DNA of 64,000 nt from NCBI GenBank assembly GCA_964612665.1, contig CAZTCI010000002.1:211659-275658 (forward strand). Reading direction: 5' to 3'. Shown one piece after another: positions 37,790-46,917 of this stretch; position 1 is the first letter of the stretch; every line of letters starts with the position of its first letter. This DNA is from an uncultured Planctomycetales bacterium. GTDB lineage: Bacteria; Omnitrophota; Gorgyraeia; Zapsychrales; JAHFFX01. The position numbers and the translations under genes are program-made. Below the pieces are notes generated by a model. That model searched no databases. It was not told the origin of the DNA and saw only the letters and a program-made list of their open reading frames with translations.

Positions 37790-39277
37790 ATGGATCCCTG
37801 GCAAAATATAGGCCAATTATCACTCCCTGAAATCCGCGCTTTACAGAATCAAAAACTTCATCAATTCATCAACCAGCAAGTTTATCCTTTTAGTCCGTAC
37901 TATCAGCGGCTATTTAATGAAAAGAAGATTGACACCCGCCGTATTGTTACCGTCGATGATTTGAAACACATTCCATTTACTTCAAAAGCGGATTTCATAA
38001 CTCAGCCCAATCAGCCGGAAAAATCCCGTGATTTTATTCTTCAACCCGACAAAGAAAAAATAAAAAAGTTTTGGCCGGCATCGCGCGTTCTTGGCCTGGG
38101 CTTAAAATCTTTGCAACACGGTTCGGCTTTTGTTCAAGAAAAGTTAGCCCAAGAGTACCGTCCGATTTTCATGACCTTCACAACCGGAACGACCAACACG
38201 CCGGTTTCGTTTCTTTATTCAAAATATGACATTGAAAATTTATACCTTTCGGGCGCGCGGATGTTGAAATTGTTTGGTATTGAAGCTAGCGAACGGGTGG
38301 TTAATATTTTTCCCTTCGCGCCGCACCTGGCGTTTTGGCAGGTTGTGTTTGGTGGATTTTCTTCTTGCGTTCTTATTTTAAGTACAGGCGGTGGAAAAGT
38401 GATGAGTTCCGACGGAAATATCAACGCTATTTTGAAAATGAAACCCTCTGTGATTCTCGGCGTTCCAAGTTATGTCTATCATCTTTTACGTTTGGCCCAG
38501 GAAAAAGGATGCCGGATGGATTTTGTAAAGCGGGTTGTTTTAGGTGCGGCGGCGGTAACGTCACCATTTAAACTGAAATTATTTAATTTGCTAAAAGACA
38601 TGGGCGCGAAAGATGTTTCCATCTTTGGAACGTTCGGTTTTACCGAAGCCCGCTCAGCGTGGGCCGAATGTCCGTCGCCGGAAGGGACCAGCAGCGGGTA
38701 CCATCTTTATCCTGATAAAGAAATTTTTGAAATTATTGATCCCGAAACAGGCGAAGTCAAAAAAGAAGGTGAAGATGGTGAAATTGTTTACACTTCAATT
38801 GATTCACGGGCGAGCAGCGTCATTCGCTATCGCACCGGCGATTTCGTCAAAGGCGGCATCACGTATGAACCCTGCCCGCATTGTCGTCGGATAGTGCCAA
38901 GGCTTTCCAATCAAATCTCGCGCATCTCGGATATTAAAGGCCTGCGGCTTTCTAAAATTAAAGGATCGTTGGTTGATCTAAGTCATTTCGCGGATATCTT
39001 AAACGGGTTTGATTTAATTGTGGAGTGGCAGGTTGAAATCCGCAAAAAGAATAATGATCCGGATGAAGTCGACGAACTTGTTGTTTATCTGTGTTCGAAA
39101 GATAACGCCACGATTAACCGTGAAGAATTCTGCGACGCACTTAAGAAAGCGATTATGAATGCAACTGAAATCAGTCCGAACACCATTGTCTTTTGTTCGT
39201 TACCGGAAATTGTTAAACGTTTGGAACTCGAAACGGCTTCCAAAGAAAAAAGGATTATCGATTGTCGGCCGAAGTAA
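37790..39277 (+). CDS. Adenylate-forming enzyme of the phenylacetate-CoA ligase (PaaK) / F390-synthetase / CapK family
   Basis: A P-loop-like A3 motif TFTTGTTNTP is present. Length and organisation fit PaaK-like ligases. Confidence 0.6.
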   Translation: MDPWQNIGQLSLPEIRALQNQKLHQFINQQVYPFSPYYQRLFNEKKIDTRRIVTVDDLKHIPFTSKADFITQPNQPEKSRDFILQPDKEKIKKFWPASRVLGLGLKSLQHGSAFVQEKLAQEYRPIFMTFTTGTTNTPVSFLYSKYDIENLYLSGARMLKLFGIEASERVVNIFPFAPHLAFWQVVFGGFSSCVLILSTGGGKVMSSDGNINAILKMKPSVILGVPSYVYHLLRLAQEKGCRMDFVKRVVLGAAAVTSPFKLKLFNLLKDMGAKDVSIFGTFGFTEARSAWAECPSPEGTSSGYHLYPDKEIFEIIDPETGEVKKEGEDGEIVYTSIDSRASSVIRYRTGDFVKGGITYEPCPHCRRIVPRLSNQISRISDIKGLRLSKIKGSLVDLSHFADILNGFDLIVEWQVEIRKKNNDPDEVDELVVYLCSKDNATINREEFCDALKKAIMNATEISPNTIVFCSLPEIVKRLELETASKEKRIIDCRPK

Positions 39278-39286
39278 AAACTAATG

Positions 39287-39322
39287 AACCCATCTACACC
39301 CCCCCGGGGTGTAGATGGGTTT
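39287..39322 (+). terminator. Long perfect stem-loop after the ligase gene
   Basis: The sequence aacccatctacaccccc/ggggtgtagatgggtt forms a 17-bp stem. A T-rich tract follows only about 20 nt downstream. Confidence 0.45.
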
Positions 39323-39396
39323 GAGAAATCGTAAAAATCTATTTTTTCTTAATTAAGAGCGTGCGATAATCATATAGCCTGAAAGAGGATAAGAGA

Positions 39397-40674
39397 ATGA
39401 ATAGAATCGCGATCGTCGATGGAATTCGAACTCCCTTTATCAAAATGGGAACGCTTTTTAATGATTTAAGCGCCCAGGCGTTGGGCCGGATCGCCACCCG
39501 TGAGCTTATCGAACGCACTGGCATTGATGTTAATCAAATTGATGAAGTTATTTTTGGAAACGTCGCCCAGCCGCCGGACGCGGCGAACATTGCCCGCATC
39601 ATCGCTCTTTTAAGCGGCATTCCTATTACCAAACCTGCCTTTACTGTTCATCGTAACTGCGCGTCGGGTCTTGAATCCGTTACAACAGCGGCTTTAAAAA
39701 TTCAGACCGGCGAAGCGTCCTGCATTTTAGCCGGCGGCACGGAATCGATGAGCAACATTCCTTTTTTTCTGACCAAAGAATTGCAGGAAATTATTTTTCA
39801 ATTTAACCGCGCCAGAAGTCCAATCGAACGCTTACAAGTTTTAACCAAAGTCCGCTGGAATTATCTTTCTCCTAAAATCGGTTTGAATTTAGGATTAACT
39901 GATCCCATCTGCGGATTAAATATGGGCCAGACCGCCGAGGTCTTGGCCAAAGAATTCGGACTTTCCCGTCAGGACCAAGACGCCTTTGCTTTAAAAAGTC
40001 ATTTGCGCGCGATTGCGAGCCGTGAGATTTTAAAAGAAGAAATTGTGACAGTCATCCCTGCGCCGAAATATAAAACCGCGGTTGCGACCGATAATGGCCC
40101 ACGGGAAAATCAAACCATGGAAGCCCTCGCCAAATTAAAACTTTTTTTTGACCGATATAATGGAACAGTGACCGCCGGCAATTCCAGTCAAGTGACCGAC
40201 GGCGCTGTCGCGCTTTTGGTCATGAGTGAACAAAAAGCTAAAGAATTAAATTTACAACCGCTCGGCTATCTAAAAGCTTTTGCCTTGGCCGGCGTTGAAC
40301 CGCAGCGCATGGGCATTGGTCCGGCGCACGCGATTCCTAAAGTTCTTAAGAAAGCCGGAATGACGATTAAGCACATGCAGGCCGTTGAAATTAATGAAGC
40401 GTTCGCGGCGCAAGTTTTAGCGTGCGTTAAACTTTTGGGAAGCGAGAGCTTCGCTCAAGAATTTGGTTATCAGGGTTTGACCGGAAGTATCAATCCGGAC
40501 ATTTTAAATGTCAACGGCGGCGCGATTGCTTTGGGCCATCCCGTCGGAGCAAGCGGCGGCCGGTTGATTCTTACGATGCTCAAGCATTTAAAACGGAACA
40601 ATCTCAATGTTGGAGTCGTATCTTTGTGCGTTGGTGGTGGGCAAGGTGCGGCGGTGGTTTTGGAAAGGGATTAA
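39397..40674 (+). CDS. fadI: Acetyl-CoA C-acyltransferase (3-ketoacyl-CoA thiolase), FadI/FadA-like
   Basis: The thiolase active-site regions NRNCASGLESV, NVNGGAIALGHPVGASG and VSLCVGGGQGAA are present. Confidence 0.85.
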   Translation: MNRIAIVDGIRTPFIKMGTLFNDLSAQALGRIATRELIERTGIDVNQIDEVIFGNVAQPPDAANIARIIALLSGIPITKPAFTVHRNCASGLESVTTAALKIQTGEASCILAGGTESMSNIPFFLTKELQEIIFQFNRARSPIERLQVLTKVRWNYLSPKIGLNLGLTDPICGLNMGQTAEVLAKEFGLSRQDQDAFALKSHLRAIASREILKEEIVTVIPAPKYKTAVATDNGPRENQTMEALAKLKLFFDRYNGTVTAGNSSQVTDGAVALLVMSEQKAKELNLQPLGYLKAFALAGVEPQRMGIGPAHAIPKVLKKAGMTIKHMQAVEINEAFAAQVLACVKLLGSESFAQEFGYQGLTGSINPDILNVNGGAIALGHPVGASGGRLILTMLKHLKRNNLNVGVVSLCVGGGQGAAVVLERD

Positions 40675-40731
40675 AAGAGGGGTTAGGGTTTAGGGGATAG
40701 TTTTAATCGCGATGTAATATTGAGGAAAATT

Positions 40732-42864
40732 ATGTCACTTTACTTAAGAGTGGTCGATAAGATTGGAATGATTGAATTTGATCAAGAAAACGCCAAAGTC
40801 AATCTCTTAACCGCTGACAATCTTAATAAACTCGATATGATTTTGGACCAGATCCAGCAGCGCAATGATTTGGTTGCAGTTGTTATTAAAAGTTTAAAGA
40901 AAGATGTCTTTATCGCCGGTGCGGATATCAAAGAGATTGAAGGCATCCGCGAAGTGAAAGACGGCGAAGCCAAATCGCAAGCCGGCCAGCGGATTTTAAA
41001 TAAGATTGAAGATTTAAAAGTTCCGACGATCGCGCTCATCGATGGTGTTGCGCTGGGCGGCGGATGTGAACTGGCGCTGGCCTGCCGTTATCGGCTCGCG
41101 ACTTTTAATGACAAAGTCAAAATCGGTTTGCCGGAAGTTAATTTGGGATTTGTTCCTGGTTTTGGCGGCACGTATCGTTTGCCAAAACTTTTAGGACTCA
41201 CACGTGCTATGCCGATGATTTTAAGCGGTAAAGTGATTGGTCATTTAGAGGCGCAAAAGATTGGATTGGTTGACCGGCTTTTGTCGCCGGCGAATTTGGA
41301 TGAAGCAATCAAAGCTTTTGCGCGCGAGGTTTTAGAGAAACCGCGGGATTTGGTTATCCGTCCGCGTAAAAACGATCTGCGCGCCAATTTTCTTGAGAAG
41401 ACTGGAATAGGCCGCGCGATATTTTTTAAAGAAGCGCGCCAATCTGTTTTAAAAATGACCAAAGGTTTTTATCCGGCGCCGCTTAAAGCGATTGATGTCG
41501 TTCAATCCACGATCGATCTTAACCGCAATCAAGCGCTTTTTATTGAATCCAAAAGTTTTGCTGAACTGGCCGTGACCTCCATTTCTAAAAATCTCGTCCG
41601 GGTTTTTTATTTGACGGAGAAATTTAAAAAATGGCTTCCGCCGGGAACAGAAAATATAAAACCAAAATCCATTAAAAAATGCGCCGTTCTCGGCGCTGGC
41701 ATTATGGGCGGAGGCATTGCTCAGATTTTAAGTTATAAGGGAATCTGGGCGAGAATTAAGGATGTGAACGCTGAATCGATTGGCAAAGGTTATAAAGCCG
41801 CGGCCAAGGTTTATCAGGAATTAGTTAAAAAGAGGAAACTTAAAAAGCATGATGTTGACAACAAGATGGCCATGATCACAAGCACGCTTGATTACAGCGG
41901 TTTTAAAACCGTTGACTGCGTGATTGAAGCTGTGGTTGAAAATATGGAGGTTAAGAAAAAAGTTTTTAAGGAATTAAGTCAGGAGGTCGGCCCCGACGCT
42001 ATTTTGTGCACGAATACCTCAGCCTTGTCGGTAACTGAAATGGCCAAGGAAACTAAAGACCCGAGCAAGGTCGTTGGCTTTCATTTTTTTAATCCGGTCC
42101 ACCGTATGCCGCTGGTTGAAATTATCAAAACAAATCAGGTGTCACCCCAAACGCTCACGACTGCATTTGGTTTGGCCCGTCGTTTAGATAAAACACCGAT
42201 TTTAGTTGAAGATAAAGCCGGTTTTCTCGTCAACCGTATCTTGTTAAGTTATATGAATGAAGCCGGCCGGCTGTTCGAAGAAGGCGGTACGATTGAAGAA
42301 ATCGATAGGATCATGACGGATTTCGGCATGCCGATGGGGCCGTTTACGCTTTCGGATGAAGTCGGACTTGATGTCGGAATTAAAGTGCTTCACATCCTGG
42401 AAGAAAGTTTTGGCCACCGTTTTAAACCGGTTGAAACCTTTGAAATGATTGCTGCTGAAAAATTGTTCGGAAAAAAATCCGGAAAAGGATTTTATATTTA
42501 CGGGAAGACCAAAGTCGTTAACCTGCAGATCGACAAACTTAAACCTAAAATGCCTCAACAAAAATTTGACACGCAGGTGGCCTTAAAGAGGATGATCTAT
42601 GTCATGGTTAATGAAGCGGCGCGTTGTCTGGAGGAAAAGATTGTTGATGGCGTTGACAGTGTGGATTTGGCGATGATCTTAGGCACAGGGTTTCCGCCTT
42701 TTCGCGGCGGGCTTTTACGCTACGCGCAGTCCATCGGGATCGATGCAATTTTGCATGACTTAAAATGGCTGGAGGTCAAATGCCAGTCGGACCGTTTTAA
42801 ACCTTGCGAATATTTGTGGACCCTCAAGGCTGCCGCGGAGAGCGCGTCAAAAAAATCAGCGTGA
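40732..42864 (+). CDS. fadJ: Multifunctional fatty-acid oxidation complex alpha subunit (enoyl-CoA hydratase plus 3-hydroxyacyl-CoA dehydrogenase), FadJ/FadB-like
   Basis: An N-terminal crotonase fold is followed by the NAD-binding GAGIMGGGIA and a 3HCDH C-terminal region. With the start placed at the ATG at 40732 the product is about 710 aa, like E. coli FadJ. Confidence 0.85.
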   Translation: MSLYLRVVDKIGMIEFDQENAKVNLLTADNLNKLDMILDQIQQRNDLVAVVIKSLKKDVFIAGADIKEIEGIREVKDGEAKSQAGQRILNKIEDLKVPTIALIDGVALGGGCELALACRYRLATFNDKVKIGLPEVNLGFVPGFGGTYRLPKLLGLTRAMPMILSGKVIGHLEAQKIGLVDRLLSPANLDEAIKAFAREVLEKPRDLVIRPRKNDLRANFLEKTGIGRAIFFKEARQSVLKMTKGFYPAPLKAIDVVQSTIDLNRNQALFIESKSFAELAVTSISKNLVRVFYLTEKFKKWLPPGTENIKPKSIKKCAVLGAGIMGGGIAQILSYKGIWARIKDVNAESIGKGYKAAAKVYQELVKKRKLKKHDVDNKMAMITSTLDYSGFKTVDCVIEAVVENMEVKKKVFKELSQEVGPDAILCTNTSALSVTEMAKETKDPSKVVGFHFFNPVHRMPLVEIIKTNQVSPQTLTTAFGLARRLDKTPILVEDKAGFLVNRILLSYMNEAGRLFEEGGTIEEIDRIMTDFGMPMGPFTLSDEVGLDVGIKVLHILEESFGHRFKPVETFEMIAAEKLFGKKSGKGFYIYGKTKVVNLQIDKLKPKMPQQKFDTQVALKRMIYVMVNEAARCLEEKIVDGVDSVDLAMILGTGFPPFRGGLLRYAQSIGIDAILHDLKWLEVKCQSDRFKPCEYLWTLKAAAESASKKSA

Positions 42865-42872
42865 TACAACCA

Positions 42873-43400
42873 ATGATGTCATTCCTGCCGAAAAGATTGT
42901 TTCTTGGTGGTGTACTTGTCCTTGCATTTTTAACCGGTTGTGCTCAAGACTCAGCAACGTATTCGAATAAAACTTACGGCTTTCAAGTCCGTTATCCCAG
43001 CGACTGGAAATTTAAAGAAAATATTAACGGAACGGTTGTGACTTTTATAGCGCCGAAAAGCAGCAAGTTTGCGGCGTTTCAAGAGAATCTCAATATCATT
43101 GTTCAAGATCTATCCGCGCATCCTTTATCTTTGAAGGAGTACAGCAAACAAGCCGTCGGACAGCTGACAGCGATGTACAACAATGTCGAGATTCTGGACA
43201 CCGATTCTATAATCATGTCCAATCTTCCGGCGACAAAAATCGAATATCTTATGAAAGCGGAATTTAAGATTAAATTAATTCAAGTCTGGACGGTCAAAGA
43301 CAAAAAAGCTTATTTGATAACGTTTAGCGCTGATGCGGACCGCTTTGATCAATATAAGGGAAAAGCGATGGGTATTATTAAATCATTCAAACTTAAATGA
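42873..43400 (+). CDS. Lipoprotein of unknown function. The start is reassigned to the ATG at 42873.
   Basis: A lipobox (LAFLTGC) is followed by a beta-rich domain, possibly a PsbP/DUF1795-like fold. Confidence 0.5.
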   Translation: MMSFLPKRLFLGGVLVLAFLTGCAQDSATYSNKTYGFQVRYPSDWKFKENINGTVVTFIAPKSSKFAAFQENLNIIVQDLSAHPLSLKEYSKQAVGQLTAMYNNVEILDTDSIIMSNLPATKIEYLMKAEFKIKLIQVWTVKDKKAYLITFSADADRFDQYKGKAMGIIKSFKLK

Positions 43401-44452
43401 TGATCTTAAACAAAGAAATTAAAAAGATCGAACCTTTATGCCGCGTTTTCGGTGAATGCGGAGGATGCTTATATCAAGATCTGCCTTATGAAGTGGAATT
43501 ATCGATTAAAGAGACATATTTAAAAAAAATTTTCAAAGAACAGTTGAATCTACCTGTGGAAATTTTTGAAAAAATTTTGCCTTCGCCTTCACCTTATCAT
43601 TACCGGAATCGATTGGATCTAAAATTATTGCGCCGCAAAGACGGACAGATTCAAATTGGTTTTTCGCCCGAAGGGCGTTTTAAAGTCGTTGAAGTTGAAA
43701 GTTGTCCTATTGCCCGTCGGGAAATATCGGAATTTTTACCGGAATTGAAACGCCAAGCGGTCGCCAAACTTCCGCCGAAATACCGTGTCGCTAATCTGGT
43801 TGTCCGTTCGGGTGATGAACGCAACGTTTTTTGGGGCGGGATCGGCCGGCGTTCGCTTGAACAAAACGTGCAGGATTTTTTATCGACAACCGTAAACGGT
43901 AAACGGATTTTTTATAGCTTAAGCACTTTCTTTCAAGCGAACTTGGATATTTTGCCGGGCGTCATGGCTAAAATAAATTCTCTCGTTGAGTTTGGAACGG
44001 AGGCAATTTTTTTTGATCTTTATGGCGGCGTTGGTTTATTCAGCATCGCCTTGGCTGAGCGGGTTAAAAAAGTTTATTTGATTGAAGAGAGTCCGGCTTC
44101 TATTAAATTGGCCTGGTTTAACAAAGGGTTTCATAACCTGAATAATTTAGAAATTATCGAAGGCCGGGTGGAAGAATATTTGCCGAACTTACTTAATATG
44201 ATCACTGAGACTCAGCCGATTGCTTTTATCGATCCGCCGCGCAATGGCCTAAGCCCGTCGGTGCTGGAGGTTTTAAGTCAGGCGCGGACACTGTCTAAAA
44301 TTCTTTATCTGTCATGCCATCCGGAATCGCTGGTCAGGGATTTAAAATTATTTTTAACTCAAGGATGGCAAGTCACTAAAGTTTGTCCGTTTGATTTTTT
44401 CCCGCGGACAAAGCATCTGGAAACCTTTGTTATTTTAGAGCCCAAAAAGTAA
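43397..44452 (+). CDS. Class I SAM-dependent RNA (uracil-5-)-methyltransferase of the RumA/RlmD family with an N-terminal Fe-S Cys cluster
   Basis: The four-Cys cluster spans CRVFGECGGC...SCPI. The SAM-binding motif FDLYGGVGLFS and a C-terminal catalytic Cys region (LYLSCHP) are present. Confidence 0.7.
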   Translation: MMILNKEIKKIEPLCRVFGECGGCLYQDLPYEVELSIKETYLKKIFKEQLNLPVEIFEKILPSPSPYHYRNRLDLKLLRRKDGQIQIGFSPEGRFKVVEVESCPIARREISEFLPELKRQAVAKLPPKYRVANLVVRSGDERNVFWGGIGRRSLEQNVQDFLSTTVNGKRIFYSLSTFFQANLDILPGVMAKINSLVEFGTEAIFFDLYGGVGLFSIALAERVKKVYLIEESPASIKLAWFNKGFHNLNNLEIIEGRVEEYLPNLLNMITETQPIAFIDPPRNGLSPSVLEVLSQARTLSKILYLSCHPESLVRDLKLFLTQGWQVTKVCPFDFFPRTKHLETFVILEPKK

Positions 44453-44463
44453 AAGGAAATACA

Positions 44464-44754
44464 ATGAAGCATGATAAAACTCCTTACGAAAAACAAATCT
44501 TTGTCTGCACCAATGATCGCAAGAGCGAGGGAGCAAGCTGTGGCGATCAACAGGGTGAAATGATTTTTCAGGAATTACGAAGGATCGCTAAAGAAAGAGG
44601 ACTCCATCCGCGCATCCGTGTCGCCCAGGCCAAATGCTTAGGACAATGTAAAATCGGCTGCAACGTTATGATTTACCCCGGTGAGGTCTGGCATAGCCAT
44701 GTCACCATGGAGCATGTCCCGGCTTTAGTTGAGCAATACTTGAAGGAAGTTTAA
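44464..44754 (+). CDS. Thioredoxin-like [2Fe-2S] ferredoxin family protein
   Basis: The four Cys are arranged IFVCTNDR...ASCGD...CLGQCKIGCNVMIYP, as in this ferredoxin family. Confidence 0.55.
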   Translation: MKHDKTPYEKQIFVCTNDRKSEGASCGDQQGEMIFQELRRIAKERGLHPRIRVAQAKCLGQCKIGCNVMIYPGEVWHSHVTMEHVPALVEQYLKEV

Positions 44755-44872
44755 AAGCATTGAAATTGAACGCGAATCAGCGCGAATTAAAGACGTGAAT
44801 AAATATTCGCGACCATTCGCATTCAATTTGCGTTGATTTGCGTTCAATTGATTTTTTAAATAAGCGACAAAC

Positions 44873-44901
44873 AAAAAAATCAATCGTTCATTGATTTTTT
44901 T
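44873..44901. terminator. Bidirectional intrinsic terminator (A-run, stem, T-run)
   Basis: The sequence aaaaaaatcaat cgttc attgattttttt has a run of seven on each side of the stem. Confidence 0.6.
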
Positions 44902-45047
44902 AAGCAGCCTTTTATAATTTCAGTTGCCTTTTTGCCTCCACAACTCTCGTCAATTCTTTCCATCAAACATCCTATGTCTGGTTCGCCTTTGTTAAGAAAA
45001 TAAATTTTGCTTGTAGGCGTTCACTTTAACTTTAAGGAGAGTATGTT

Positions 45048-46907
45048 ATGAGCATGTTTGATAAGAATATCAGCGCGGAAAAAAGAGAGTCCCTGGAATT
45101 GGCTGAGGCGTCCCGTGAACAGGAATGGAAATACCCGAGCTTTGCGCTCAAGCTCTTTCATGGTGTTCTTGATTGGAAATTAATTTATCCTTTTCCTACC
45201 CAACCCCCTGCCGATAAAAAAGCGGGCGATGAGTTTATTGCCAAACTAGAAAAACTCCTTAAAGAAAAATTAGATCCGGACGCCGTTGACCGCACGGGCA
45301 TTATTCCCGACGAGGTTATGCGGGGTCTAGCGGAACTCAAAGCTTTCGCGATTAAAATTCCCAAAGAATACGGTGGGTTGGGCCTGGGGCAGATTAATTA
45401 TAACCGCGCGATTCATTTGGTTGCGAGTTTCTGCGGGTCGACTGCGGTTTTACTTTCCGCGCATCAAAGTATCGGCGTGCCTCAGCCATTAAAATTATTT
45501 GGAACCGAAGCCCAAAAGAAAAAATATCTGCCGCTTTTCGGCCAGGGAACGGTTTCGGCTTTTGCCTTGACTGAAGCGGGCGCCGGTTCCGACCCGCGGC
45601 AGATGACAACGACTGCCACCCCGATTGAAGGCGGGAAATATTTTTTAATTAACGGTGAGAAGTTGTGGTGCACCAACGGTCTGATCGCGGGCGTGATCAT
45701 CGTCATGGCTGTAACCCCGCCTAAAATGGTGAAGGGTAAAGAACACAAGCAGATCACCGCCTTTATCGTCGAGACAAACACGCCCGGTTTTGAAATCGTT
45801 CACCGCTGTCAGTTTATGGGTTTGCACGGTATTCAAAATGGATTGATCCGTTTCAAAGATGTGAAGGTTCCGCGGGAAAATATTATTTTAGGTGAAGGCG
45901 AAGGTTTGAAACTGGCTTTGATGACGTTAAACACCGGACGTCTAACGCTTCCGGCCGCGTCAACCGGTATTTCAAAATGGTGTTTGCATGTGTGTCGTCA
46001 ATGGACGGTTAAACGCAAACAATGGGGCGCCGCGATCGGTGAACATGAAAGTATTGGTTTAAAATTAGGATATATCGCGAGCCATACTTTTGCCATGGAT
46101 GCGATGAGCTGGCTGACCTCAACGATGGCGGATGATAAAAATCGTGATATTCGTTTGGAAGCGGCGATTGCCAAATATTTTTGTACCGAACACAGCTGGA
46201 AGATCGCGGATGAAACTTTGCAAATCCGCGGTGGCCAGGGCTATGAACAATCCTCGTCGCTGAGAAAGCGCGGCGCGGATTATTATCCGGTTGAACGGGT
46301 ATTGCGTGATGTGCGGATTAATTTAATTATTGAGGGAACCAGTGAGATCATGCATCTTTTTATCGCGCGTGAGGCTTTAGATCCGCATTTGAGCCGGATT
46401 AAAAGTATTTTGGACCCGCGCACACCGATCGATAAAAAAATTAAAGCCGCTTTTTCCGCCGTCGGTTACTATGCCTTATGGTATCCCAAACAATGGATTC
46501 CTGGTTATGACACCGCGAATACAAATGGGGTGCCAGAGATCTTGGTTGATCACGTCATTTATATTCAACAGACCAGCCGGCGTTTGTCGAGGACAATCTT
46601 TCATCAGATGATGAAATACCAGCAGAAGCTTGAGTCCAAGCAAAGTATTTTAAATCGGATGGTTGATATCGGTACTGATCTTTTCGCGATGGCCGCGGCT
46701 TGTTCTTACGCCGATCATCTGGCAAAACACGATAAAGAAAAAACCAATGCTTTAGAGCTCGCTGATTTATTTTGTCTTCAAGCCCGTCGGCGTATTGAAG
46801 ATGCTTTCCGGAATAATGCAAGCAATGATGACCGTCAGCGTCTGGCGATCGCTCGTAAAATCATGATCCGCTCTTTCGAGTGGATGGAAAACGATATCAT
46901 TAAATAA
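45048..46907 (+). CDS. Long (619 aa) acyl-CoA dehydrogenase family protein
   Basis: ACAD N-terminal, middle beta and C-terminal helical domains are recognisable (GSDP...TAT.IEGG.Y.LNG.K.W.TNG and IRGGQGY). Confidence 0.8.
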   Translation: MSMFDKNISAEKRESLELAEASREQEWKYPSFALKLFHGVLDWKLIYPFPTQPPADKKAGDEFIAKLEKLLKEKLDPDAVDRTGIIPDEVMRGLAELKAFAIKIPKEYGGLGLGQINYNRAIHLVASFCGSTAVLLSAHQSIGVPQPLKLFGTEAQKKKYLPLFGQGTVSAFALTEAGAGSDPRQMTTTATPIEGGKYFLINGEKLWCTNGLIAGVIIVMAVTPPKMVKGKEHKQITAFIVETNTPGFEIVHRCQFMGLHGIQNGLIRFKDVKVPRENIILGEGEGLKLALMTLNTGRLTLPAASTGISKWCLHVCRQWTVKRKQWGAAIGEHESIGLKLGYIASHTFAMDAMSWLTSTMADDKNRDIRLEAAIAKYFCTEHSWKIADETLQIRGGQGYEQSSSLRKRGADYYPVERVLRDVRINLIIEGTSEIMHLFIAREALDPHLSRIKSILDPRTPIDKKIKAAFSAVGYYALWYPKQWIPGYDTANTNGVPEILVDHVIYIQQTSRRLSRTIFHQMMKYQQKLESKQSILNRMVDIGTDLFAMAAACSYADHLAKHDKEKTNALELADLFCLQARRRIEDAFRNNASNDDRQRLAIARKIMIRSFEWMENDIIK

Positions 46908-46917
46908 AATTTTTAAA

